Made by a program: the position numbers and the translations under genes
Origin: Nitrospirales bacterium
GTDB lineage: Bacteria > Nitrospirota > Nitrospiria > Nitrospirales > UBA8639
Direction: 5' to 3'
Length of the DNA: 64,000 bases
Assembly (NCBI GenBank): GCA_963555755.3
Contig: OY820905.2
Span: 1,568,001-1,632,000, forward strand
In this document: positions 48,625 to 58,767 of the stretch, one piece after another
How positions within the stretch are numbered: position 1 is the stretch's first letter
How the letters are laid out: every line of letters begins with the position of its first letter
The notes under the pieces: model-generated
Seen by the model: the letters and a program-made list of their open reading frames with translations, nothing else
Database searches by the model: none
Told to the model about the DNA's origin: nothing

Positions 48625-50424
48625 ATGGTGATGTTTGATCACAGAGAGGAAGGTGTCGTCACGTCACGAGTGATGCACATGAGAGAAAAACTGGCAGCTG
48701 TAGGATGCCTAATTCGCAAGAGGAGCGGGGTGTGTTCATCCTTTTTTTCCTGGAATACCTTCTGCCTCATTGTGATTGGATTGTCGGTTCTGATCTTAAG
48801 TACGAAAGGGCTAACGAATAGTGGAACCTTTTCGTTACAAGGGGATATGCCCCGATACATAATGAATGGGGTCTTCTTTCATGATTCGATCCAAGATTTT
48901 CCTTTCTCCGATCCCGTCCAATATGTGAAGGAATATTATGTTAGATATCCTGCTCTGAGTCTTGGCCATCATCCCCTTCTTCCTAGTCTTGCCGAGGTGC
49001 CGTTCTTTTTCCTATTTGGGATTTCAGTGTTCTCCGCCAAGGCCACCACGTTGGCCTTTGTGTTTCTTGGGATATTTGCTTGGTTTGAATTAGTGAAGAC
49101 ACTCTACAATTCTCATATTGCCTTCTTATCATCATTATTATTCCTGACCTCACCCATGATTGTGAAATTTTCCAGGGTCATGATGGCAGAAATCCCTGCT
49201 CTAGCCCTTATTATCGTGGCGACTTATTGGTTTTTTCGATACTGCAAGAACGAGCGGCCAAACGAGGCCTTTGGGTATGTGTTGAGTTTTGTGCTCGCCT
49301 GCTATGCGAAGCAAATGGTGATCTTCATGTTCCCAATTTTCTTTGTGTATCTGGGTGTGACTAAGGGAATACGGTTCCTCATGAAACAACAGACGATCAT
49401 GTCTTGTTTGGCCATCATCATTCTGTTAATACCCCTCGCCGTCATGACGTGGACACTTTCCCCAACCAATGTTTCGATGGTAACACAAAATATTGTGAAA
49501 CCTCTGGCGCCTCAGGCCGAGGAAGTCGAGAAGGGAAAAGAAGGAATTTTTCAGTCGGTGGGTTCCTACATCCATTGGAAACTTATCTCTACTGAATGGC
49601 TTTTTTACCCTACGGTACTGTGGAAGACGCAGGTCTCAGTCGTTCCCTTAGTATTGAGCGTGGGCGCGGTCGTGATGATGATCTGGCGGCGAGAAAAAAG
49701 GTCCTTGTATTTTTTCCTGTGGATTATAGCCATGTATGGAATGGTGACGTATATGGGAGTGCACATTCCTCGCTTAGGGATTTATTGGATTCCACCAGTC
49801 TGTCTTTTTGCGGCCTTAAGTCTAGAGGCTGTCAATTCCCGTGTGTGGCGGGTCGTGGTGGCGCTGTTACTGATTGGTTCAGTGGGATATCAGTTTGGGG
49901 TGGGGTATGCCTCTGAACCTGATTATGCCAAAGGATATGAGGAAGCGGCTTCCTATGTGGTGAATCATTCAAAGGGTGCGAGTGTGTTATATAGTGCAAA
50001 GGTGGATACCGGATACTTTATTTTCTTTGTGAGGAAATTTGACCCTGAAGGTCGTCTGGTCGTTCTTCGAGCCGATAAGGTACTGAGCACATCGCGTCTG
50101 GATCGAATAGTAGAGGAAAAAATTTCAACTCCAGGCGAACTGTATGATGTGCTTCAAGATTATGGAACCTGTTATATAGTGTTGGAAGAAGGGCACTATA
50201 CGTCACCAGCCCTTAATTTGTTGGCTGAAGAAGTTCAAAGCGAACAGTTTATTCGTAAACATACCATTTCGATGGATTCGAATAATCGACGGTTGCAGGG
50301 TGTGAATCTCGGAATTTTTGAATATCGAGAGTGTGGTCCTCCAAATAAAAATGCGCTGGTCAATTTCAATATCCCTCTCGCCAATCTGTCCATTCGTCTG
50401 AAATTTTCAGACGTCATTGACTAA
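48625..50424 (+). CDS. ArnT/PMT-like GT-C glycosyltransferase
   Basis: QGDMPRY, GHHPLL, VMMAE; many TM segments and a soluble C-terminus. Start uncertain. Confidence 0.75.
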   Translation: MVMFDHREEGVVTSRVMHMREKLAAVGCLIRKRSGVCSSFFSWNTFCLIVIGLSVLILSTKGLTNSGTFSLQGDMPRYIMNGVFFHDSIQDFPFSDPVQYVKEYYVRYPALSLGHHPLLPSLAEVPFFFLFGISVFSAKATTLAFVFLGIFAWFELVKTLYNSHIAFLSSLLFLTSPMIVKFSRVMMAEIPALALIIVATYWFFRYCKNERPNEAFGYVLSFVLACYAKQMVIFMFPIFFVYLGVTKGIRFLMKQQTIMSCLAIIILLIPLAVMTWTLSPTNVSMVTQNIVKPLAPQAEEVEKGKEGIFQSVGSYIHWKLISTEWLFYPTVLWKTQVSVVPLVLSVGAVVMMIWRREKRSLYFFLWIIAMYGMVTYMGVHIPRLGIYWIPPVCLFAALSLEAVNSRVWRVVVALLLIGSVGYQFGVGYASEPDYAKGYEEAASYVVNHSKGASVLYSAKVDTGYFIFFVRKFDPEGRLVVLRADKVLSTSRLDRIVEEKISTPGELYDVLQDYGTCYIVLEEGHYTSPALNLLAEEVQSEQFIRKHTISMDSNNRRLQGVNLGIFEYRECGPPNKNALVNFNIPLANLSIRLKFSDVID

Positions 50425-50503
50425 ATCACGTTTAATCTTCATATTTCCCGAAAACATTCCACCGATACCCATTGAGCTCCCTTGGCCATGTCCACCCGGC
50501 TTA

Positions 50504-50662
50504 AGGGTTCGCGTAAGAATAACTTCCCCTGTTTGGGTGCTGAGACACCTGGCTGGCAAGGCGCGAGGACTGCGCATACTCCTCGTATGGAAAGGACGAG
50601 CAACGCCGCCAAACTGGATGGATCGACGCCCAAACAGGGGAAGTTATTCTTGCGCGAGCCCT
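50504..50662. mobile_element. MITE family C, copy 2
   Basis: Homology and IRs. Confidence 0.9.
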
Positions 50663-50721
50663 AAGGGCTGCAATGCGGTTTTTTGCCCCTTCAGAATTGA
50701 TGACGGTAAGAAGTTCAAAAA

Positions 50722-52281
50722 TTGTCTTCCTCCATTCCATCACAGAGTCATGACAGCATCGAGAGGGTGAGTCCCAAGGAGAGGGTCGTCATCATTGGAG
50801 GTGGTCCTGCTGGGTTGACCGCAGCCTATCAGTTGTCACAGGGAAATATCCCCTGTGTGGTCTTAGAGAAAGATCACACCGTAGGGGGAATATCCCGAAC
50901 GGTGAACTATAAAGGATTTTTATTTGATATTGGAGGACATCGGTTTTTTACCAAGGTACAGGCTGTAGAAGACATTTGGCATGAGATTCTTTCCGATCAA
51001 GATTTTCGTGTGTGTGCTCGACTTTCTCGCATTTATTACAACCGAAAATTTCTCCCCTACCCCTTAGATCCCATCTACACACTGCGACAGCTAGGAATTG
51101 TGAATAGTCTTGGCATACTGGGAAGTTATCTCCACTCCCAATGCTTTCCGGAATTACCAGAGGACAATTTTGAACGGTGGGTGTCTAACCGTTTTGGCAA
51201 GCGGTTGTACAAGACTTTTTTTGAAGCCTATACGAAGAAGGTTTGGGGAATCCCTCCCAATCAGATTTCCTCGGAATGGGCCGAGCAACGGATCAAAGAT
51301 TTGTCAATTCCGACTCTGCTGAAAAATGCCATTTTCAAGGTGGGTTCCAAAGACGGGTCGGTGATCAAAACATTGATTCATCAATTTCACTATCCGAGGA
51401 AGGGGCCAGGCATGATGTGGGAAGCGGCGGCCCACCTTGTCGCGAAAAAAGGGGGCCGGGTTCGATTGGGCGCCAGTGTAGAAAAAATATATTGGTCGAA
51501 GGGTCGAGTCGATGCCCTGGACATTTCGATAAATGGCCGCCTGGAAACCATCGGTACGTGGCAAGTGATTAGCAGTATGCCACTTCGAGAACTTCTGCAA
51601 AAATTTGAGCCACCTGTTCCACCGGAATATCTTGAAGCTGCGGAACGGCTTCGCTATCGAGACTTTTTGACCGTAGCTCTGATCATCAATCGACGGGATG
51701 TGTTCCCGGACAATTGGATTTATATTCATGATCCTGACGTGAAGGTAGGACGAATCCAGAATTTTAAAAATTGGAGTGCAGATATGGTTCCGGACCACAA
51801 TAAAACCTGCTTGGGATTGGAGTATTTTTGTTTCGAAGGGGACGGGCTGTGGTCCGCCGAGGATGCCGATCTTCTTGAGCTTGGGAAACGGGAACTCGAA
51901 ATGATCGGGTTGGCCAACAGCTCGGAAGTAGAAGACGGCACGGTCGTGCGAATGCCAAAAGCCTATCCGGTGTATGATCAGTCGTATCGTGAGGCCTTAG
52001 GGACAATCCGTCAATTTCTGGTTACCTTGAACAACCTACAAGTAGTTGGGCGGAATGGAATGCACAAGTATAACAATCAAGATCATTCCATGCTGACAGC
52101 TCTGCTAGCTGTTAAAAATATTCAGGGCGCCCAGCATGATCTGTGGAGCGTCAATGTGGAGGAATCGTATCACGAAGAGACGCGGGACGACTATTTGGAG
52201 GATGAGGATTTTTCGGCTTTGAGTGCCACGCAACCAAAGGTGCCGGTATCGACAGAAAGAAAACCCCCTTTATCCCCTTAA
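50722..52281 (+). CDS. FAD-dependent oxidoreductase, HemY/UDP-galactopyranose-mutase-like, glycan-locus type
   Basis: IIGGGPAG, DIGGHRFFTK, FPDNWIYIH, GRNGMHKYNNQDHSM. Confidence 0.85.
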   Translation: MSSSIPSQSHDSIERVSPKERVVIIGGGPAGLTAAYQLSQGNIPCVVLEKDHTVGGISRTVNYKGFLFDIGGHRFFTKVQAVEDIWHEILSDQDFRVCARLSRIYYNRKFLPYPLDPIYTLRQLGIVNSLGILGSYLHSQCFPELPEDNFERWVSNRFGKRLYKTFFEAYTKKVWGIPPNQISSEWAEQRIKDLSIPTLLKNAIFKVGSKDGSVIKTLIHQFHYPRKGPGMMWEAAAHLVAKKGGRVRLGASVEKIYWSKGRVDALDISINGRLETIGTWQVISSMPLRELLQKFEPPVPPEYLEAAERLRYRDFLTVALIINRRDVFPDNWIYIHDPDVKVGRIQNFKNWSADMVPDHNKTCLGLEYFCFEGDGLWSAEDADLLELGKRELEMIGLANSSEVEDGTVVRMPKAYPVYDQSYREALGTIRQFLVTLNNLQVVGRNGMHKYNNQDHSMLTALLAVKNIQGAQHDLWSVNVEESYHEETRDDYLEDEDFSALSATQPKVPVSTERKPPLSP

Positions 52282-52338
52282 GGTTTTTCGCCCTTAAGGT
52301 TTTTCGCCACTAAGGTTTTTCGCCACTAAGGTTTTTCG
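52276..52338. repeat. 16 bp tandem repeat x4
   Basis: C(CT/AC)TAAGGTTTTTCG(C) units overlapping the stop codon. Confidence 0.85.
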
Positions 52339-52442
52339 ATTGTCCATTAGCACGTTTAACTATGGCCTGATACTTGCAACTCATTTTAAATTGGTAAATG
52401 AATCCCGATTTTGGTATTACTACATTCCATTGAAGGTACGGT

Positions 52443-53513
52443 ATGAGCCATTCAATGAGTGATCCAGTCCTCATATCCATTATTATCCCCACCTACAATG
52501 GTGGCCGGCATCTTGATTCCTGCCTGTCCGCTATTCGCCGGTGCCTGTATGTGCCCCATGAAATCATCGTGGTCGACAATGGTTCTGTTGACGATACCCG
52601 TCAGATTGCTGGTCGGTATAGTGTGGTCATTGTTGACTGTCCTGGACCTTCTGGACCAGGGGCGGCACGCAATGAGGGAGCAAAATTTGCCCAGGGAAAA
52701 ATTTTGTTGTTTGTTGACACGGATGTCATGATTCACCCTGATGTGCTCCATCGTGTTTTGAACATATTCAAGACCCAACCGGAATTGGCAGCGGTGTTTG
52801 GTTCCTATGATACGCGCCCGGCTGCTCAAAACTTTATTTCCCAATACAAGAATTTATTGAACCATTTTGTTCATCAACATGCTCAAAACGAGGCGAGTAC
52901 GTTCTGGGGAGCCTGTGGAGCCATCCGATCAGATGTGTTTCACAAAATTGGTGGTTTTGACACCCACTGTAACAAGCCGGCAATCGAGGATATTGAGATG
53001 GGATACCGTTTGCGTCGAGCAGGGTATCGCATTGTGTTGGACAAACACATGCAGGGGCAACACTTGAAACGGTGGAGTTTTTCCTCCTTGATTCACACGG
53101 ATATTTTCTGTCGAGCCATTCCGTGGACTAAACTGGTATTGGAAAGTCGAACTCAGGTGAATGACCTGAACCTTCACCGGTCGCAAAGAGCCAGCGCCGG
53201 GTTGGTTGGTATGGCCACGATCGGGGCGCCACTTACCATGATTGAACCCCTTGTCTCATTGGCGGTGTTATCGTGTCTCATGGGTGTGTTCCTCTTGAAT
53301 CGAGAGTTATTTAGATTTTTCTTTCGTGAAAGAGGAATGCAGTTTGCCATGTCCTCTTTTCCAATTCACCTGTTGTATTTCTTGTACAGTGGGACCGTCT
53401 TTTCCTCCTACTGGGCCAGTCATACTCTTGTTCGTAGGTCTGTATCTTTTCTGCAATGGTTGGAAAAAGGGAAATTATTTTTCTTTCGGCCTAGGGAATC
53501 GACTGATCCTTAG
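52443..53513 (+). CDS. GT2 glycosyltransferase with C-terminal TM helices
   Basis: ISIIIPTYN, VVDNGSVD, AARN, FVDTD, IEDIE. Confidence 0.92.
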   Translation: MSHSMSDPVLISIIIPTYNGGRHLDSCLSAIRRCLYVPHEIIVVDNGSVDDTRQIAGRYSVVIVDCPGPSGPGAARNEGAKFAQGKILLFVDTDVMIHPDVLHRVLNIFKTQPELAAVFGSYDTRPAAQNFISQYKNLLNHFVHQHAQNEASTFWGACGAIRSDVFHKIGGFDTHCNKPAIEDIEMGYRLRRAGYRIVLDKHMQGQHLKRWSFSSLIHTDIFCRAIPWTKLVLESRTQVNDLNLHRSQRASAGLVGMATIGAPLTMIEPLVSLAVLSCLMGVFLLNRELFRFFFRERGMQFAMSSFPIHLLYFLYSGTVFSSYWASHTLVRRSVSFLQWLEKGKLFFFRPRESTDP

Positions 53514-53696
53514 GGTTCACGCCTAAGGGTTACATCAGGATCACCTTCCTCAAGACCTTTTGTGCAAGGTTGCTGCTCCTAAAAGTTATCAGTAGCCAAA
53601 CACAATTTCCCCATTCGTTTGCTGTCAATTTTCCCAACACACTGTCGGTTAATTAGCACTATTATTCCATCCCTTCGACTGTTCCCCCTTTGCTTA

Positions 53697-53855
53697 AGGG
53701 TTTGCGCAAAAATAACTTCCCCTGTTTAGACGTCGATTCATCCCGTCAGGCGGCGTTGCTCGTCCTTTCCATACGAGGAGTATGTGCAGTCCTCGCGCCT
53801 TGCCAGACAGGCGTCTCAGCACCCAAACATGGAAAGTTATTCTTGCGCGAACCCT
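53697..53855. mobile_element. MITE family C, copy 3 (inverted)
   Basis: Homology and IRs. Confidence 0.9.
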
Positions 53856-54070
53856 AAGGGCTAAAGTCCCACTTCTTCTCATGACGAACGTGCATTTCAT
53901 TGAGTCTGGTTGTGACAGGCTGTCACTGATATTCCTGGCATGAGGCTTGCCTATAAAAAGGTTGAGAGCGCTCCCTTACAGGAGAGGAAATGGTTGTGCC
54001 AGGCGAACGTCAGGATCCTGACGGAGACGGGCAGCGTGGTGTATGTCATGAAAAGGGAACGTGAAACACG

Positions 54071-55162
54071 ATGATTGGTCAAAAGCAGAGTTGGTTAAGG
54101 ACTCATCGAATGTTAGCTGGGCTGTTGGCTGTGGGGGTACTTGTGTCGTTGGGTGCAACCGTTGGAGGAATTCCTCTTTCTGAAACCATTTTCGGAATTG
54201 ATGGAGTACATCAGGTCGATGGTCAAAATAATTCCCCAGTTCAGGTCGAACTACCCAAACCCTCTTGGCACCTGAATACATATGATGAGAACAAAGCCAA
54301 ACTCATTGTCCTGCCCAGCAATCCAAATATACGGCGAGTCGAAGTGACCCAAGCTGATACGACAGCCAGATGGCACATTCAATTAAGCCACAAACCTATT
54401 ATTGTGGAGGGGCAGGAGTGGTACTCCCTGCGTTTCCGAGCCCGAGCGGATGATGTGCGATCAATGGGGGCGGCCGTCAGTCAAGCACATGGTCCATGGG
54501 AAGTTCTTGGTCTGTATCGTTCAGTTCCCCTGATGAGGCAGTGGCAAGATTATAAATGGGAATTTCTTGCGACAGAGGATGATATCAATGCTCAGATCAC
54601 TTTTGATTTGGGTGGGTGGAAAGTCCCGGTTGAAGTCACAGCGGTTCGGCTCCTGAAACTCTCCAATGGAACGCTAAGGTGGAAGCTACAATTTCGAGAG
54701 GGAAGTGAAGCTGGGTTGCTGGGAATCCCAGAATTACCTCTTGGCACTCGAGTGGCTATTACCAAATCGCTCAACAACAACCCCAAACATATTCAATTGG
54801 TTCAACAAGGGGTAAACCTCCAGGTGAATGAACGATACCGACTACGATTTCACGCACGTGCTGACACACCACGAGACATGTATTTGGCGGTAAACCAGGC
54901 CCAGTATCCTTGGGAGGGCTTGGGTTTGAATCAAAAGGTTTCGCTCACCTCTGAATGGCAGCTCTTCGATTTGGAATTTGTCGCGACGAGCACAGATGAG
55001 AACGCAAGACTTATTTTTGAGCTAGGCGGACACAATATTCCCGTGGATATCAACGCCGTGTTGTTGCAGAGAAATTCCGAGATGGTGATACACAGTGGGG
55101 ATTCCTCAGCCCCTTCCTTGGGCAGAGCTACAGACACCCTGGTTGCGGTGGAGCCAACCTAA
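54071..55162 (+). CDS. Anchored protein with two CBM4/9-like domains
   Basis: Two repeats of IQL...Y.LRF.ARAD...Q...PW..LGL...W....F.A...F.LG. Confidence 0.8.
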   Translation: MIGQKQSWLRTHRMLAGLLAVGVLVSLGATVGGIPLSETIFGIDGVHQVDGQNNSPVQVELPKPSWHLNTYDENKAKLIVLPSNPNIRRVEVTQADTTARWHIQLSHKPIIVEGQEWYSLRFRARADDVRSMGAAVSQAHGPWEVLGLYRSVPLMRQWQDYKWEFLATEDDINAQITFDLGGWKVPVEVTAVRLLKLSNGTLRWKLQFREGSEAGLLGIPELPLGTRVAITKSLNNNPKHIQLVQQGVNLQVNERYRLRFHARADTPRDMYLAVNQAQYPWEGLGLNQKVSLTSEWQLFDLEFVATSTDENARLIFELGGHNIPVDINAVLLQRNSEMVIHSGDSSAPSLGRATDTLVAVEPT

Positions 55163-55171
55163 ATCCCTTTT

Positions 55172-55292
55172 GGGAATGTTGAAAAAGGGCGTCAGCGGCG
55201 TTCTCGCCCCTTTGTCGTGCTCACGTACTATGAGTACGCTCCGCGCGTCAAAGGGGCTGCGGCCTTGCTGAGCGCTCCTTTTTGAACATCCC
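55172..55292 (+). mobile_element. MITE family A, cleanest copy
   Basis: GGGAATGTTGAAAAAGG / CCTTTTTGAACATCCC ends. Confidence 0.85.
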
Positions 55293-55630
55293 CTGTTGCT
55301 CTTGGTGTTTCATAAGATGAGTCACATGTGAACGGCATTATGAAAACGTTTCAATTATTCAACGGTCCCCTTTGGTGAATAATAATGGGAATGCCGTTTG
55401 GTCCACTAGGCCAAGCGATATCTCATTTCTGCTACCTGTTTCCTCCTGGTTTCTTGGTGGAAGGGAATTCGAACCCTCCTTGATGGAGGATTGATACATA
55501 AGTTGCATCGCCATATTTTGATTTTTCACTATACCCAAACTCGGGGATGTTTTAATCCAACACGTTCCACTGAGTATTGCCAAAATGGCCATTGGGTAAA
55601 CCAACGAACTCTCTGCCTTGACGGTTATTC

Positions 55631-58621
55631 ATGAAAGCCATTTCGATCCGTGTTGTAGAATCGGTTAAACAACATCCGGTCCTAGCGGGAATACTCGTTA
55701 TGGGGTTTCTGCTTCGGATCTCGGTTGTGTTTTGGGGAACCCCTTTCTTTGGCCCTTTTGAGGGATATTATCACCCTGATGAGTGGAACATTATTCAGGG
55801 TGCTATCCAATTTCCGAACCATGCCGTTGACAATCTAAGATTCGTCTATCCCACCTTCTTCCACTATTTCTTGGGGATTCTGACCTTTCCCTTACGAATA
55901 TTCTTTGAAGACTTTAGTTCTCCCACGCTGGATACTGTAGGTTCAAATTTCTATTGGGTCGTGACGGTCGTCGGACGACTCTGCTCGGTGTTAGCGGGAA
56001 TGGGGACGATAGTTCTGACTTACCTTCTTGCCAAAGATGTGTTGGATCAAAAACGGGCCCTTTTGGCCAGTGCATTTCTGGCCTTTACGATGTTACACGC
56101 CACGAACTCTGCTGTGGTGACTCCTGATGTGCTCACTTCTTTCTTCCTTGTCTTGTTTCTTTTGGTACTTCGCCGTGCATTCTTACAACCTCAATCTTCT
56201 TTTTTGTTTGTGTGTTCGGGGATGGTTCTTGGACTCTTGGTCGGAACCAAATACACCGGAGCGTTTGCGATTTATGCGATGGTGGTACTCTATGGCTATA
56301 CGTTGGTGTCACATGTCCGCCGTGAAAACAGCAATATTCGATTTGATCACCGAAAATTTCATGGGAATCTCCTCCTGTGTGGTGGCGTGGCTCTGGTCAC
56401 ATTTTTTCTGACGACACCAGGAATTTTGCTTCATTTTGATGCCTTCCTTGATTCCATGAATGACGTGACGAGGCAAATTGGGTGGAAATCCAAACCTAGG
56501 AGCGATATGCAAACCTGGGTGACGGTGTTTCATAAATTTGAACGAGGTGTCGGTTTGCCATTAGCGTGTCTTTTTTTATTTGGGATGTTCTTCCCATACA
56601 AAAAGAATGTGTATGAATGGAGTTTTTTGGCGATAGTGGCTGGATTCTTTATGTATTTTGAGGCCAAATTCATTTCAAGGTACATCATATTTGTTGCACC
56701 ATTAATTGCCATCATCGCGAGCAATGCCGTGTTCTGGTTGATCGAAAGGAATCGCAAATCGCTTCGAGTCGCTGGATATTTTCTCATTATTGTTGTCTCG
56801 GTGTATTCCTTTGGCCATTCTGCCACTGGGGTATCTATGCGTCTTGATGATACGCGCACTCAAGCTGCTCATTATATTCACAACAGATTCCCTGACGAGA
56901 CGACCCTCGGAATAACCTATGCTCCCAGAGACGGGGATTATAAATTGCATCGTTGGAGGAACCCAAGAATTAATTTCACCAAGTTCAGAGACATGGATAT
57001 TTTCGATTATCCGGAAGTGGTGATCGTTTCTTCCCTTGTGAAACTAAGACCTATCAAAAAAGCGCTGCACTCCGATAAGTTGTCTGAAGATTTTGTGTGG
57101 GACCAACGGTATAACCATAAATGGCGGTGGGACTCACCTCCCTCACCTCGTATGTTTCGCTTCTACCATGAACTCTTCGAGGCCGATCGCTCAAGATATC
57201 GTCTAGTAAAAACCTTCAAAAAAAAGCTATCCGTCTGGTTAGAACATAGCTCACCCCAAATGGACATTTATGTTCGCCAATCCTATGGCCCACAAATGGA
57301 GAGGAGAGTTTATTATCCCAGCAATCCGCGTGATTACTTTCAAGAGAAAGATATGCGGGATTGGCGCTGGCAGCTTCGAGTGGAAGAGGGCAACAAGGCA
57401 AAGCTGAAATTTCCATCAAAAGACCTGAACGCGATCCGGATTGCCATTAAGAAGGCGGACGTTGGTCCTCCTTGGGCTATTCAACTCAACCAACGGCCAG
57501 TCGCCATACTGAATAATGAGGCGTACGTCTTACATTTTCGTATTCGAGCCGATAATGCCCGATTAGTAGCTGTGGCGGTTGGGCAAACCTCCGCGCCCTG
57601 GCAGACGGTGGGATTGTATCAGCACGTGCAGGTGACGGAGGACTGGCAGGAGTATGCCTTGTCGTTTCGAGCCGAAGCCGATGAGCCTCAAGCGCGCGTA
57701 TTTTTCGATTTGGGGGAGAGTGCTGTATCCGTTGAAATCGGTGATGTGCAACTTCGACACAAGTCGGACGTGGTGTTGGCCAGTCTGACTAGGAGCCGAC
57801 AGGGATGGCGTTCGGCAAATGAATTAATCGAACCCGATTATCCGGATAAGTTTTATGTGGACTATCAGTTCAATACCATGGGGTGTCGGGGCCGGGACTA
57901 TCCTATCCCACGTACGAGCGAGGGCACGCGCATTCTGGTCTTGGGAGATTCGTTGGCCTTGGGTGCCGGGGTGCATCAAGAGGATACATTGGCTAGTCAA
58001 CTCGAAGGGATGTTGAATCAAGGCCGGCAAGGAACAATCACAGGACCGGGCTATGAAGTCATCAACTGTGGGGTAGAAGGGTACGGAACCCAGGAGGCAG
58101 CTAGATTCTACGAAACATTTGGGTCGACCTATGCGCCGGATATCGTGCTGCTGGTTATGGCACCGGACGATGATCACTCGTTGTTCCAGGAAAGGAGGCA
58201 GAAGATATTGAGGAGCCCAGGAAGTCAATTTGTAGCTTGGTCGGACCAACAAGAGAGACTATTTAATCGTTCGGCTCCGGATTATTCGGGGAGCCTCAAA
58301 GAGGTGGCTAACCTTCAACAATTGGTTGAAGGGCGGGGTGGAAAATTGGCAGTGGTGGTCTTTCGACATACTCAGCATCAAGCCTGGAAGCCTCTGATCC
58401 AGCAACTGACCCAATCATTTCGAAACACGACTGTGCAGGTGTTAGATCTCGGGGAGACCTTGCTGGCAAGCCATTCAGAAGATGAGCTGATAGTTCATGA
58501 AGAGGATAAACATCCTAATGATTTGGCACACAGGATCGCGGCACAGGGCCTACGAGATTTTTTAACTCGGAAAGGACTGCTCGTTGGGCAGCCTATCGCT
58601 AGATTGGATGCAACGCTGTAA
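55631..58621 (+). CDS. GT-C (PMT_2-like) glycosyltransferase + CBM4/9 + SGNH domain fusion
   Basis: HPDE, GR..S, TKY in the multi-TM part; CBM repeat; LVLGDS...NCGVEGYG...DKHPN. Confidence 0.85.
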   Translation: MKAISIRVVESVKQHPVLAGILVMGFLLRISVVFWGTPFFGPFEGYYHPDEWNIIQGAIQFPNHAVDNLRFVYPTFFHYFLGILTFPLRIFFEDFSSPTLDTVGSNFYWVVTVVGRLCSVLAGMGTIVLTYLLAKDVLDQKRALLASAFLAFTMLHATNSAVVTPDVLTSFFLVLFLLVLRRAFLQPQSSFLFVCSGMVLGLLVGTKYTGAFAIYAMVVLYGYTLVSHVRRENSNIRFDHRKFHGNLLLCGGVALVTFFLTTPGILLHFDAFLDSMNDVTRQIGWKSKPRSDMQTWVTVFHKFERGVGLPLACLFLFGMFFPYKKNVYEWSFLAIVAGFFMYFEAKFISRYIIFVAPLIAIIASNAVFWLIERNRKSLRVAGYFLIIVVSVYSFGHSATGVSMRLDDTRTQAAHYIHNRFPDETTLGITYAPRDGDYKLHRWRNPRINFTKFRDMDIFDYPEVVIVSSLVKLRPIKKALHSDKLSEDFVWDQRYNHKWRWDSPPSPRMFRFYHELFEADRSRYRLVKTFKKKLSVWLEHSSPQMDIYVRQSYGPQMERRVYYPSNPRDYFQEKDMRDWRWQLRVEEGNKAKLKFPSKDLNAIRIAIKKADVGPPWAIQLNQRPVAILNNEAYVLHFRIRADNARLVAVAVGQTSAPWQTVGLYQHVQVTEDWQEYALSFRAEADEPQARVFFDLGESAVSVEIGDVQLRHKSDVVLASLTRSRQGWRSANELIEPDYPDKFYVDYQFNTMGCRGRDYPIPRTSEGTRILVLGDSLALGAGVHQEDTLASQLEGMLNQGRQGTITGPGYEVINCGVEGYGTQEAARFYETFGSTYAPDIVLLVMAPDDDHSLFQERRQKILRSPGSQFVAWSDQQERLFNRSAPDYSGSLKEVANLQQLVEGRGGKLAVVVFRHTQHQAWKPLIQQLTQSFRNTTVQVLDLGETLLASHSEDELIVHEEDKHPNDLAHRIAAQGLRDFLTRKGLLVGQPIARLDATL

Positions 58622-58767
58622 ACAGTCTTGCGAAGATGGCAAGAGAGAAACGTGGAAAATGGGTCTATTGGCGCTCCCGCCATTTCTTGTAGATAGGTAA
58701 TGAACGGTCAATGAGGCTAGATGGGTGAGGACTTTCATCCGTCAGAATGAGACGGTCTGAGGGCTGG

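Noticed and set aside
46429..53900. ORFs translated from MITEs (e.g. 46429-47058, 50417-50770, 53694-53900)
   Set aside because: They are read-throughs of non-coding repeat elements.
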